A DNA stretch of 64,000 nucleotides from Octopus sinensis. Its lineage: Eukaryota. Positions 13,821 through 26,759 of the stretch are shown here, piece after piece (the first letter of the stretch is position 1; every line of letters starts with the position of its first letter). Both the position numbers and the translations under genes were made by a program. The notes under the pieces were generated by a model. The model worked only from the letters and a program-made list of their open reading frames with translations. It did no database searches and was not told the origin of the DNA. The DNA lies in contig NC_043002.1 of NCBI RefSeq assembly GCF_006345805.1, positions 53,382,001-53,446,000 on the forward strand. Reading direction: 5' to 3'.

Positions 13821-14741
13821 CGATGAAAGATGAAAACGTTGTGGAGAAAGCTGAATTCTAAAAGCCAAAGCTTTCAGGAGGAAGTTACTTCATTATTTTG
13901 TTAAACAGGCGTTTAATTGCCACTCCCACGGTCAATATGCAACGCACCAATCATTGGCCCGCTAAAAACTTGAATCAGTGACATTTATATTCGCCAACTG
14001 CGGCTAGAATAGATAATTTAATGAATAAATACCGTTCTATTTTGTATACGTATAATATAAAAGACATAAACTTTTGAAATACATCAGAAACTGTCGATGA
14101 TAGATGTTTTGTAGACTGTCCGTATGTTATCAGTTTTATGAACATACGGTTATAAATTGTTCGATTATACTTCAAAGACATATATCTTGAATATATTTGA
14201 ATAGATAGATTCGAGTGAATGAAAAGATTTCTCTTTTAAATGGTTTTATTTGAATTAGTGTTATAGGAGGATTCGTAAACTATTAAAATGTGCTTGTATC
14301 TATTACATATAGATAGATTGTAATGTATTTAATCAGTAGCATTTTCATAAAATCTTCATATCTTTTTGAAAATGAATCCTATATATAAAGTACGTCTTAA
14401 ATTATGATTCTTTCATCAATCCATCCGTTTTCATGGACTCTTTTAGATTTTCGAGCAAAATACCTTATAGTATTATCTTTCTGTTTCGTTACGTTCTGAT
14501 TTCGAACAACACCGCCGTCAACTTTGCTTTGAATCTTGCTGGAGGTCGAGACAAGAATATGCCGGTCTGGAATTGGGATCGGTTTAATGGAGAACAGCAA
14601 CCTGTCGTTTTGTTATTTGTTTCTTTTCGTATTACTGTCATATCTTTTGCTGTTTTCGTTTTTCATGAGTGGTTCGGTTATTTTTGCCATTGATGTTACC
14701 TTTCAAGCCAAAGAGAAAACAAACTTCTACCGGGTCGACTG

Positions 14742-14948
14742 ACTTTTATTTTATACTTGTCTATGTCATTAAATCGCGCCCATGCTGGGGCACCACCTTG
14801 AAGAAATTTTAGTAGAATGAATCGACACAAGTACTTTTTTCTAAAAGCCTGGTACTTATCCTATCGAACTCTTTGGCCGAACGGCTAAGTTACCGGGACG
14901 TAAACATACCAACATCTTTTGTCAAGCGGTGGTGAGGGACAAACACAC

Positions 14949-14990
<42 letters not shown>

Positions 14991-15130
14991 ACGGGCCCCT
15001 CTTAATTTCCGCCTAACAAATCTACTCACAAAGCTGTGGTCGGCCAGAGGCTGTAGTAGAAGACACTTGCCCAAAGTGCTACAGAATGGGACTGAACCCG
15101 GAACCATATGTTTGAGAAGAAGTTTCTTAT
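14742..15130 (-). mobile_element. SINE family A
   Basis: Reverse complement of family A body with internal (CA)n; gacacttgcccaaagtgc, gggactgaacccggaacc. Confidence 0.85.
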
Positions 15131-15370
15131 GCCTTAAACATCTTTTTCACAAGGATGGACAAATAGTATACTTTTATCCCAAGTACAGTGTGTTTCAATG
15201 TAAAAGATAGAGGACAATCATAACAAAGGAAATAACCTTGACCACAGGGCTACTTGTTCATGCAGGGCTGACTCAGGACAAAACAATAAAGGAATAAACT
15301 GTAATTTTTGTCCTGAACGTAGACTTAAATCGCTGTATCTCTAGTTCGAAACATATTTTATTATTATTAT

Positions 15371-16190
15371 AAGGCGGCGAGCTGGCAGAAACGTTAGGAC
15401 GCCGTTGCGGTATTTCGTCTGCCGCTACGTACTGAGTTCAAATTCCGCCTGGGTCGACTTTGCCTTTCATCCTTTCGGGGTCGATTAATTAAGTACCAGT
15501 TACGCACTGGGGTAGATATAATCGACTTAATCCGTTTGTTTGTCCTTGTTTGTCCTCTCTGTGTTTAGCCCTTTGTGGGAAGTAATGAAATGAGTATTTC
15601 ACCCGTCGCTACGTTCTGAGTTTAAATTCAGCTAAGGGGTCGATGAATTAAGTACTTGTGGAACACTGGGGTCGATGTAATCGATTAGTCCCCTCCCAAC
15701 AAATTTCAGGCCTTGTGCCTATTGTACCAAGGATTATTATCATAAGTATCAAGGCGGCCAGCCGGCAGAATCGCTAGCACGCCGGGCAAAATGTTTCGGA
15801 CATTCCGTCTATTTGTACGTTCTGAGTTCCAATACCACCGAGGTCGAGTTTGCCCTTCGTCCTTTCAAGGTCGATAAGATAAGTACCAGTTAAACAATGG
15901 GGTCGATGTAATCGACTAGTCCCCTTTCCCGAAATTGCTGCCCTTGTGCCAAAATTTGAAATCATTATTGTTATAAGTGTTCGAGTCAGAAAAAATTGCT
16001 TAGAAGCATTTCTTCCATCTCTTTACGTTCTGAGTCCAAATGTCGTAGAAATAAGTATTGTCTTTCCTCCTTACGGGGTTGCAGGTCGAGAAAATAAAGT
16101 ACCAGTTCGGCACTAGGGTCTATGTAATCAACTTGACCTTCCTCTCAAAGTTGTTGGTCTCAAAGTTAGAAAAAATTATTATTATTATTA
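15371..16190 (+). mobile_element. Head-to-tail cluster of 3-4 SINE family B copies
   Basis: Repeated aaggcggcgagctggcagaa heads, gagttcaaattcc B-boxes and aagtaccagt...ggggtcgatgtaatcgac cores. Confidence 0.85.
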
Positions 16191-16209
16191 TTATTATTAT
16201 TGTTGTTCT

Positions 16210-16425
16210 AAAATATTGGTTTCAAATTTTGATGAGTAATTTTGGGGAACGGGCAAGTCGATTACATCGATCCCAGTGCACAGCTAGTACTTATTTGATC
16301 GACTCCGAAAGGATGAAAGGCAAGGCTGAACTTGGAGGAATTTAAACTCAAGACTTAAAGACGGACTAAATGCTGCCAAGCATATCGCTAGACGTGCTAA
16401 CGATTCTGCGAGCTCGCCGTCTTCT
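16210..16425 (-). mobile_element. SINE family B
   Basis: Reverse complement: gtcgattacatcgatcccagtg...gaaaggatgaaaggcaag...gctaacgattctgcgagctcgccg. Confidence 0.85.
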
Positions 16426-18212
16426 AATTGTTCTAAAATATCGTTGTCAAAATATTAGAAGGTAAAATATCAATCTCTGCATTTTTTCAATAGTGTATTA
16501 TCTTACGGTGTTTCCACACCATACACTCATAATTTTGGAGCGCTAAAATAAGCCACTAAATCTTCGACAAATCCCACTCAACACCTTTAATTGAAGAAAT
16601 ACACATAAGACAAAACAGGTTATGATATACAGAAGGAAAGCATAGTTTGGGCTGGAAAGTCTTTGAACATAAGTTTACTGAAATCAGAGCTGATCAGCGG
16701 CCTGTCTATTACAACAAAATTATAATTTTGAACCAAAATCCATATTTGAAACTGAAAGGTTCATTATTCATTTTGCTACATTTCTTTATCTCCAGTAGTT
16801 CCTTACTCTCAGATATTTACAAATAATCTTTCATGATTTGAACGGTAACCATCTGGTAAATGTTATTCCTCAAGTGGGCCAAATAACAAGATGTAAGATA
16901 CTAGATATTTATTTCATTCTCTCGTTATCAATTTATCATTGGATAAAACCTCAGCATGCCGTTTCTGGCTTATCTGATCTATCTACGCTAGCCAATTACC
17001 AGGTGGACAGTGTGTTCTTGTAATCAGATGATTAGTTCTGATTATCTCAGCCTAGGCGAAATTTGAACTCGAGTTACAAATCCGGAAGTCATAGCACAAA
17101 GCACCTCGTCGCACAGTCTAGAAATTTTGTAAATCCACCGATCTGGACTGGTACTATATCTGTTTTCCACCGAAGGATGAACAGCAAAGTTGATTTTCGT
17201 TGGAATCAAACGCAGAGACAAGGGAGAATTACCGAAAACGATTTAACCAATTATTCGCGTTAGACGCTGTTATAAATGTATTATTTGTATAATTGACTTC
17301 ACCTTTAATTTCCTTGTAGTAGATAAATTAATTAGTAATAATATACTAATCATGACTATATCTCTTTACAGTAAAAACCATTGACCCTGTGACACAAAGT
17401 AATTAATAACTGTTAAATAATTGACATATGTTTGCAATTATTTAACTACCGTCTGTTTCCAATTATATCCGATATATCGCCCCTTGCCACCCATAATCAC
17501 ATCGCATTAATTAATAAATTAATTACTTAAATAAGCTGTTCATTAATCCATTATATTTATTTTTGTTCTCTACTTTCTTTTAAAAAATCAGATATTTTGA
17601 AATGAAAGATAGAACGGCAGCAATTCTATCTACTATACTTTTCCTGTTTAAAAAATGGAAATTTGCGGCTTGATAGACAAGAATGAAATAAAACACAAAA
17701 CATAATTGATTTCTAACATTGTCACACGACAAAAAATTTCATGGGAAAAGTTAGTCGATTTGATCAACTCCAGCACTTGGCTCATATTCTAATTTATCTC
17801 AGGATCCAGCTGGGTTGACGGTTCGTGTTGGTCGGCCACATACTTCATGGTCACGGCAGATAAGGAAATATTTCTCGAAAATGAGAACTGACTGGGAAAG
17901 CACTCGGATGGTTGCTCGGGACAACTCGAGCAGAGTCCGACAAACGATAGATGCAGTTACGCGTTGCAACAGCGCATGCCCCCAAACGTGACCTGACCCT
18001 GAGAAGATAAAATGCTAAGTTTCAGGCCGACAGAATATAAACACTAAAAACGCGAAGCAATGAAACTAAATAACTTCCACTGAGGCAAACCCAGGGCTTG
18101 AAATTTTTGGGGAGGGAAAACCGGTTATATCGACCACAGCATTTGGTTAGTACTTTTTTGTATCAATCTTCGGGAGATGAAAGATAAAGTTAGCCGTAAT
18201 GGGATTTTGAAC

Positions 18213-18854
18213 TCAGAAGAGAGGAGCCACAGAAAAAAAATAAAGAAATAGATCCATTATAGCCAATGCCTCACAAGGCAACACTTCTTTCTCCACCCTC
18301 AACTTCATTTTCAAGTGAAACTTGAAAAAGTTGATGAGGGCTTGGCCAAAGAGGTAAGTGCCTGTATTTAGAACTTTCAAACGGGTCCACTTACTACATC
18401 TTCGCCACAACCACTAGACAAATAAAAATTCCCTGCCCCACCCGACCAACCTAGATCACGCAGGACACCCCTCAAAACTTCCAGCTTCCACAATAATGGC
18501 TCAAGAGTCAGTACATACAGAAGGGAGGAAAGAGGGCACCCTTGATGGACCGAACGCAAGATGCTGAATGGCTCCAGCAGGTGACCATTCACCCGAACAA
18601 CCGTGGAGATGCCACTGTACAAAGCAGTGATCCAACTCCGGAAAACTCAACCGAAACCGGCTGTCTTGAGGACAGCCGCCAAGTATTGATGGTCGACCCT
18701 ATTAAAGGATTTAGATTGATCTAAATTGATCAGAGCCCCACCCATGCCAGCTTCCTTACCCATCCTCTCTATGGTGTAGCGCATAAGATGGACGTTATCG
18801 TGAATAGTCCTGGCCTAAATCTTCAACTCTGTATTGAGAAGAGTGAGGGCTTGA

Positions 18855-18855
<1 letters not shown>
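18213..18855 (-). mobile_element. Tx1/L1-clade LINE ORF2: RT fragment joined to C-terminal fragment
   Basis: Minus-strand Q..F.PG..IHDNVHLMRY, LINLDQSK.FNRVDHQYL, VRVNGHL, VHQGCPLSSLLYVLTLEPLL, then FFKFHLKMKLRVEKEVL. Confidence 0.88.
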
Positions 18856-18905
<50 letters not shown>

Positions 18906-18997
18906 TAATAAGAAGAAGAAGAAGAAGAACAAGAAGAAGAACAAGAACAAGAACAAAAACCAGAAGAACAGCAACAACAACAACAACAACAATAATG

Positions 18998-19044
<47 letters not shown>

Positions 19045-19045
19045 C
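18856..19045. repeat. Compound (AAT)n-(AAG)n-(AAC)n-(AAT)n microsatellite
   Basis: Directly visible. Confidence 0.95.
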
Positions 19046-19674
19046 TCTAAAATTATTTGTTCTTTATGCATTCTCAAACGGCTCGACCAAATCAAATCAA
19101 ATTTTACAATCAGATCCCGTGAGTGTCAACATGTATCTTTTCTTTTCATTTGGATTAAAATAATATAACATTGGTACTGGTTCGGTATTACGTGTCAAAA
19201 TGAAAGAAGATCTATATTGTAATGTGTTATAATATTGTTTCACTTTTATTCTTTCACTTAATTCTAATGTGATAAGGCAATAATATTATTTCACTTTCGT
19301 TCTTTCACTTTTAATTCTGTGATAGCTCTAAGATCACCTTATTTCTATCATATTTGATTTATACTGCATACAAAAATAAAGACAAACTACGTTCATACAA
19401 CTGCTTACAAAAATAGATGTTAATGTATAATTTTTTCTATGTTAATTATATTTTGTTTACAATATTGAAAAAAATATGCCACCAAATAAACGACTTAATC
19501 TCTCCAGAAACAAGGAGGACTGTCGAAAACTGAAGGCGAGAGTCTCAAGATAGAAGGGAGAGATACTTTCTCAAGATCAGCAAATGCATGCTGCAGCACA
19601 TCAGAACGAGTCTCAAGAGAGAAGGTGGATGAAACTTTCCCAAGATTAGCAAACGCATGCTGCACTAAGCTTTG

Positions 19675-20510
19675 CGTGCCGGGAACGACGCCTTCAGCTT
19701 CCAGTAACCGGGTCACTGTCTATGTAACCTATCTGTGTAGCCGACTATTTGACACCTTATGCTATCCCTCTCTAATACTCTGCAGAAAATCCTAAGTATG
19801 ATCTGGACGATCCGTTGTGGTTTGGCAAAGTCTACGTTGGCATATTGGGATGGTCCAGTCTCCCTCTGCTAACGTAAGTCCTATTATACCAAATGGGTCG
19901 AAGACATTTTTCTGTGAGTGCTTCAGTCGCTTTCTCCACTTTTATTTTGTTTTTAGATTTATCACTTTGTATGTTATTGTCCTCTTCTAGATCTCTTGCT
20001 CGATCTCAATGGGAGTGTGTAGAGTGATAATTCCTCCTACTTCTTCAAGAGACCCTTCACCTTCTCCAACAGTTCATTATTTAATTTGATATTTTCCAAG
20101 CGGTTGCAGGCTGAAGCGAACCTGCTTCGACCTGCTTCGTTTGCGTGCGAAGAAATCTCTATTGTCTTCTCTTCATTTTTAATATCTTGTTTCTTTTCTT
20201 CTTTCTTCTCCTCTACCTTCTTTTCTTCTTTTTCCTGTATGGGAACAATAGTGGTGGTGAGGGCGGCGAAGTCTTCGTTGAGCTGGTTGTTCAACCTCCC
20301 GTCCTCATTCCCTCGGTCGGTCACCATTAATTTTGGTAAAATTTTCGTAGAACTTCGATGTAATTGGCGTATTTAACCCCCCCAAAAGGCTTTTTTTAAA
20401 CAAAAAATAGCGCCCTAGGAGGGAAGCTGACTTATAACACGAATCGAACAATAAAAACAAAAGTTCAACAACTCGTGACAACAAAAATCAAACAATTTCG
20501 GGAGCTCAAA
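19675..20510 (-). mobile_element. Tx1/L1-clade LINE 5' part: ORF1-like region and APE endonuclease C-terminal fragment
   Basis: ORF 20037-20327 is a charged, coiled-coil-like ORF1 start. 19675-19860 gives HPNMPT...NHNGSSRSYL...RVL...VGYTD...PGYWKLKAS, the L1/Tx1 endonuclease end motif. Confidence 0.7.
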
Positions 20511-21309
20511 ACATATGACTTACCTCAAGGTAATTTGCTTATGTAATAATAATATCTAATGCACATCTTTATTTTAAGAACAATTACGTTACTCAAACGC
20601 ACCGCCATTTATATTTGCCGAATTGTTCTAAACTCGAACACTTTACACTTTTATCAAGCACATTAATATAATTTTCATACGTCTAATGGTACTAGTGGTT
20701 ATCCATTTCGATTCATACCGGGGTTACAACACTCAGTAGTTTATTCAATTATATCGATTCTGACATTATTTTAGCATTTTTTGAAAAAGTAAGGCAAAAT
20801 TGATGTAGGTGGTACTGAACTCAGAATATAAAAAGATGTCACTGAATGCTATGACATGGTAGGTATTTCGTCCGGCTCACTGCTGTTTTTGCTCCTCTGT
20901 CACCTATCGGAATACAAATGGCAGTCGACATCAAATGTAAATTAATACATGAAAATTTTACGTCGCATCAGTTTGCAGTGTGTCGACAATATCTCCTAAC
21001 GTAAATCACACTGTCCTAGTTGACATGATTTATATCATAGAAGCGAACAGAAACAAAATATATTAGCAGTTTCAAAATTCTATACGTCAGGAGAGGGCTA
21101 ATACGGAGTATCGATGTAAATGGATATTCAATTTGATGTCTCCGTAGATCAGTGGATAAAATAATAAGAACAAAAACAACAGCAACAATAACAGCAACAA
21201 ATAATTGTTTCTTATATATCCATATAGAAACATGATTTTAAGGAAAAGAAAATAGTATAATTGTATAATGGTTGTATTTCACAGGTAAATTAACATTATA
21301 ATTGATAAA

Positions 21310-21660
21310 CAGGCAGTGAGCTGGCAGACTCGTTTCGGTGACGGACAAAAGTGCTTAGCGGCATTTCGTCCGTCTTTACGTTCTGAGTTCAAATTCCACC
21401 TAGATCGACTTTGCTTTTCAAATCGACTTTCTTACACCTCAAATTTCCTGGCGGCGAGCTAGTAGAATAGTTAAAGCGTCGGAAAATGCTTTGCGGTATA
21501 TATTTCAACTCTTTGTATTCTGAATTCAAATCCAGCCAGGGGTCATCTTTTCTTTCCAAGGATAATAAAATTAATTCTCAATCAAGTTCTGGGAGCGATC
21601 GTATCGAATAAACTCCTGCCTTCAAAATTTCTGACCTTCATTTTAATTCAGGAATAATAT
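21310..21660 (+). mobile_element. Two degraded SINE family B copies
   Basis: ggcagtgagctggcagactcgtt...gagttcaaattccacc; ggcggcgagctagtagaatagtt...gaattcaaatccagcc. Confidence 0.7.
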
Positions 21661-23026
21661 TTATTAAAAATTAGAAATCTTTATTATTAATACAAAATCC
21701 TGTGGGAAATTTACCGCTCTACGATGTTTGTTCCTGGAATAAAGAAAAAGAAGAAACTAAGAAATAAGAGAAGGGTTACAAATATAGAATAGAAATAAAT
21801 TAAAGAAGAATTTTTAAAAAATACAGAATAGAAATAAATAATTATGAACGGAGTGATGGATGGTGGAATAAATGAATGATTATCTAAACCGCCTCGTTAC
21901 CTTTTAGAAGAAAGAGGCGATACAGTACCACTGGAGACGAAGCGCTTCAGTAGAACATAGTGGCTGTAGATAAATTACTTGTAACGAAATAAGTTAGCAG
22001 GAAGACGAAGTGATAGATAACGGGATTACATGAAACATGTGCATTGTGTGACATATGATTAACAATGGTCCGTTATCTATTTCAGGTGATATCTTGTAAA
22101 AGCGATTTGACTGACGGAAAAACAGAAAAAAATACTGATTTGAAGAGAAACATTATAAGTAAGAGAAACAAATAAAAAGTTAAAGCATTGTTTAAGGGAT
22201 AAATGTCATTAGAGAATCCATTACATAACACATACATAAGTTACATTCGTGTAAGATAGATAGAAAAATTTAAGGAAGAGCGAATTGATGCATTTTTAAA
22301 CACACTCACTCACACACATTACTGATAACGCAAGTTTTACCCATTTTTTATGTAATATAACTGATCTACAGCAATGTTTTTTTCATTATCATGTCGGAAA
22401 CATCTTTTTATTGGAATTTCCAGTGACTTCTCTTATTAATGTAATTTATATATATATGTTCGTTGGCTGCTTTCTCTCATTGGACTACGGCCGTATTATT
22501 GCACATTCTCCAAAGAATTAATTCGAGCATATCAACCCCAGAATTATTTCCAACAGGTACTTATTTTATCGTATTTATTTTGTATTGTTCATTTGAGGTG
22601 AAATTTCCCGTGTCTTGCTATTTAAATCAGAAAATAGCTTACTTGTCTTTTCTTTCTTCTACTTTAAGATTGTAGTACAGGGTAAATGTTCGGATCCAGT
22701 TAACGTTTAGTAATCTACGTATAAATGAAAAGTGAAAGCTTTTTAAAAAAATTTATCGTTCATTCGCAAGAGCCTATCAGAAAGATACAGTCAAAGAAAT
22801 ATGTGTGTACGTAGATCCTGCCATTTTCGCAGGAGCTACGTAGATAGGCCTTTGCACCTGAAGAGATGCCTTTGTGCCCGAAGATAGGCATTTGCGCCCG
22901 AAATGTAAAAGATTTAAAAACTTTCTTCACATTTAGAAGCTTCCCTCATTTCTCATCTCATTTATTATTATACTTTTGTTCTACAATACTTCAAGCAAAA
23001 TACCACGCTCTTCTTTGTAAGCTATA

Positions 23027-23261
23027 TTCTTTTATTCTTATATTCGCTTCAGTCATTTGACTGTGGCTATACTGGAACACTGTCTTAAAGGGCTTTTAGT
23101 TGAAGAAATCGACCCCAGAACTTATTCTTAATAATTCTAGTACTAATTCTATCAGTCTCTTTAGCCGAAGCGCTAAGTTACGGGGACGTAAACACACCAA
23201 AATCGGTTGTCAAGCAATGGAGGGGGGCAAATACAGACATAAAAAAAATAAACACATAAGT

Positions 23262-23295
<34 letters not shown>

Positions 23296-23454
23296 GACGG
23301 GTTTTCAGTTTACCTCTGCCACATCCACTCACAAGGCTTTGGACGGCCCGAGGCTATAGTAGAAAGCTTATGCTGAAGGTGCCACATAGTGGGACTGAAC
23401 CCGGAACAATGTGGTTGAGAAGCAAGCATTTTACCACACAGCCACGCCTGTGCC
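23027..23454 (-). mobile_element. SINE family A, full length
   Basis: cagtcatttgactgtggc...(CA)n(TA)n...gggactgaacccggaac...accacacagccacgcctgtgcc. Confidence 0.9.
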
Positions 23455-23864
23455 TATATATTTACGAAAAGAATATTTCTCCCTTACATTGATCTTCAAC
23501 GTAAAGTATAGGACAACGATTAAATCTAGTTAAGTTAAACATTCTAAATTACTATTTCCCATTTCCTTTTATGTATAGACGTTTTCATAACTCATCGGTA
23601 CAGCCAATGTTCAATTATATTGTTAACAAACTTAAGATGAATTTTTTTCAAAGTCTGATGTAGAGGTGAAGTGTGCATGAAAAGTGGAACTTCTCTGGTG
23701 AAAAATATCTATATCTGTAAACATAGCATAGATTTCCACAGTTTTTGATCAATATCAAACATTCGTAGGAAATTTGAATAACGTAGATAGAATTAATATA
23801 CATAGAACAAAATAGATGAAATAGCTTGATGTGTGATTATTTTGACAGCGCATTTATATGTGTT

Positions 23865-23924
<60 letters not shown>

Positions 23925-24274
23925 TGTGTGTGTGTGTTTGAGTGTGGGGGAGTGATTTGTGTACAAATACTTAGATGCAAATGTACCCAAACAGACACGC
24001 ATATGTACAATGGAAGTCGACTCCATACTGAGATCGATCATTTTCTATCAATGACTTGCAAGGCAAAGATCAAAGCAAAAATGACTCTGAAGTCCAGTTT
24101 ATGATTTGTAGCATTTTTCCAAAACTATTGCATAAATGTCTCTTCTCGGTTAAACGCAGTACAAGATCAAGAGAGTTTGCAATGTGTACAGTTATGCATC
24201 TTTTCAAATCATCAATTATCGAAAGACAAACTCGCTTACAGAGTACGACATTTGAAAGGATTGTTGACATATAT

Positions 24275-24502
24275 TAAGGCGGTGCTCCAGCATGGCTGCA
24301 GTTAAATGACTGAAACCAGTAGAAGAATAAAAGAATATAGGTGCAGACGTGGTTGTATCGCAAGAAAATTATTTCCTAACCACATGGTTCAGAGTTCAGT
24401 CCTACTGCATGACACTTTGGGCAGGTGTTATTCTACTATAGCCTCAGACCGACCAAAGCTTTATGAGTAGATTTGGAAGAGAGAAACTGAAGGAAGCCCG
24501 TC

Positions 24503-24539
<37 letters not shown>

Positions 24540-24760
24540 TGTGTGTCTTTGTCTCTGTGTTTGTCCCCCAACCGCTTGACAACTGCTGTTGGTGTGTTGA
24601 CGTCCCGTAACTTAGTTCTTGGGCAAAAGAAACCGGTAGAGTAAGTACCGGATTTTGTAAAAATATGGAGGTTGATTCATTCGACTAATTTTCTTTTAAG
24701 ACGGTGCCTCAGCGTGGTCGCAGTCTAATGACTGAAACAAATAGAACTAAAAGTATATAT
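24275..24760 (+). mobile_element. SINE family A 3' tail followed by a full-length family A copy
   Basis: aaggcggtgctccagcatggc...aagaataaaagaata (24275-24337), then head ggtgcagacgtggttgtatcgcaag through gactgaaacaaatag. Confidence 0.85.
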
Positions 24761-25567
24761 GGAGTTTGCTTTCTTTTTGTCATGTTTCAGTTTTGTACAT
24801 TGAATGGGATTTAAAAAAAATATATATACTTACTGAAGCCCTTCGCTCTCTGTGGAACTCAGGCCACCAACGACATTGCTATTGTTCTCGATTCTGTCTC
24901 AGGTCATATTGGTTTCGAATTATAACCAACGCTTCGGTAACTTCGCTTCCTTTCTAGGCAGAGCTGTTGCCCTTACACAAATCAATTTTTGCCTCTAGTG
25001 AGATGTGCTCACTGGCTTGTGTCATTTGCCCTATCTATCGTCATCATGGGTCTATCTTTCATGCTTTTGGAGTCGATAAAATAAGTATCAGCTTGAGCAC
25101 TGAGATCGATATAATCGATTTGTTCTCCTCCCCCGAATTTTCTGACCTTGCGTCGAAAATTGATATCTTAATCATCTTCATGGAGACCCTAGTATAAGCT
25201 TGCGCCTTTCTCTCATTGCTCCCAGTGCCAACTGAGGCACCCAACCGACACATTTGCAACAAGAACTAGATTTTGTACTGGATTCAAAATACAAATACAC
25301 GGACACATTGAACATATTCGTTTCTCCATGAAACTCTATCATTTGTTATTGTTCCTTCTTAACAACTAGTCTTCTGTTTCTTATGCTTTTCTCTTTGCAC
25401 TTAGGTCTGGAATTGCTTTTAAGGACTTTCTAGTATTTTATGTTTTTCGAAACTACTTTCCTGAATATATCTCACAATTGTTCTCTTTCTTAAAATGCAC
25501 TTTTACTGTTTTTCGTAAATTTCTACAGAACCCGAACGACGTAAGAAAATGAGTTCTAACAAACATG

Positions 25568-25585
25568 CATTTGTTACCCTCTTTC

Positions 25586-25662
<77 letters not shown>

Positions 25663-25786
25663 CGTACGTATGTATGTATATATGTGTGTGTGTGTATAGA
25701 CACACACATATGTGTATATGTACACACATTATATATTTATGTATATATGTATATATATATATTTATGTATATATGTATATATATAT

Positions 25787-25872
<86 letters not shown>

Positions 25873-25970
25873 GATATTTCGTTTTTGTTTGTCTCTTTCT
25901 TCCTTTCTCTGTCTCTTTCTCACTCTCTTTGTCTCTCAACCCCTCTCTCTCGTTCTCTCCATCTATCTGC
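25568..25970. repeat. Compound (CA)n/(TA)n/(TG)n/(CT)n microsatellite
   Basis: Directly visible. Confidence 0.95.
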
Positions 25971-26333
25971 ACTTTATGATTTTGGCATCAAGTCAAAGAC
26001 TTCTTGACTAGGTGCAACCAAAGTTAAGCTTATTTTCCGCTTCACGAACTAATAGTTTTTACCCAAAATATGTTTTTGCATATGGCTTCTTTTAGTAGAG
26101 ATGAGAGTAGTTCTTAAGGGTGTTCTTCTCCGCTGGTCTATTTTTACGCCCAGCTTCCCTATATCTCTCCCGTTTTCTCTCTCTAATTTTTTAATATATT
26201 TAGCGAAAAAAACTCTCTTCGCTTAAGTGGTTCTTCCTCTCTTCTCTCTCTCTCTCTGCATACATGTCTCATTTCCTCTTTATCTGCATTGCGTTTGTGT
26301 TTCTGGCGTCAACCAAAAAAGACCTCTTGACTT

Positions 26334-26382
<49 letters not shown>

Positions 26383-26587
26383 CTCTCTCTTTTTTTCCTT
26401 TCTCTCTCACTTTGTCTATCAGCTCCCCTCTCTCACTCTATCAGTACATATATGTATATATATATATATTATATATATATGATATATATTATATATATGT
26501 ATATATGTATATATGTATGTAATATAATATGTATCTATATATAATATATTTATATATATATATATATATTATATATATATATATACA

Positions 26588-26618
<31 letters not shown>

Positions 26619-26759
26619 ATATAACTATATATATATATAAAGTAGACGACAACGACGATGTGATGATGATGAAGAGGAAGAAAGGAAGCCATTTCCTTGG
26701 CGTCAATCAAAGACTTGTTATTCACATATGCATATATATGTGTATGTATGCATGTATAT

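Noticed and set aside
13945-13960. Inverted CCAAT pair (ccaatcattgg) as a promoter
   Set aside because: A short motif with no supportable downstream gene or TSS.
22013-22080. 11-bp inverted repeat (atagataacgg/ccgttatctat) as a possible pre-miRNA
   Set aside because: The inner region pairs poorly, and a match this short is expected by chance in 64 kb of AT-rich DNA.
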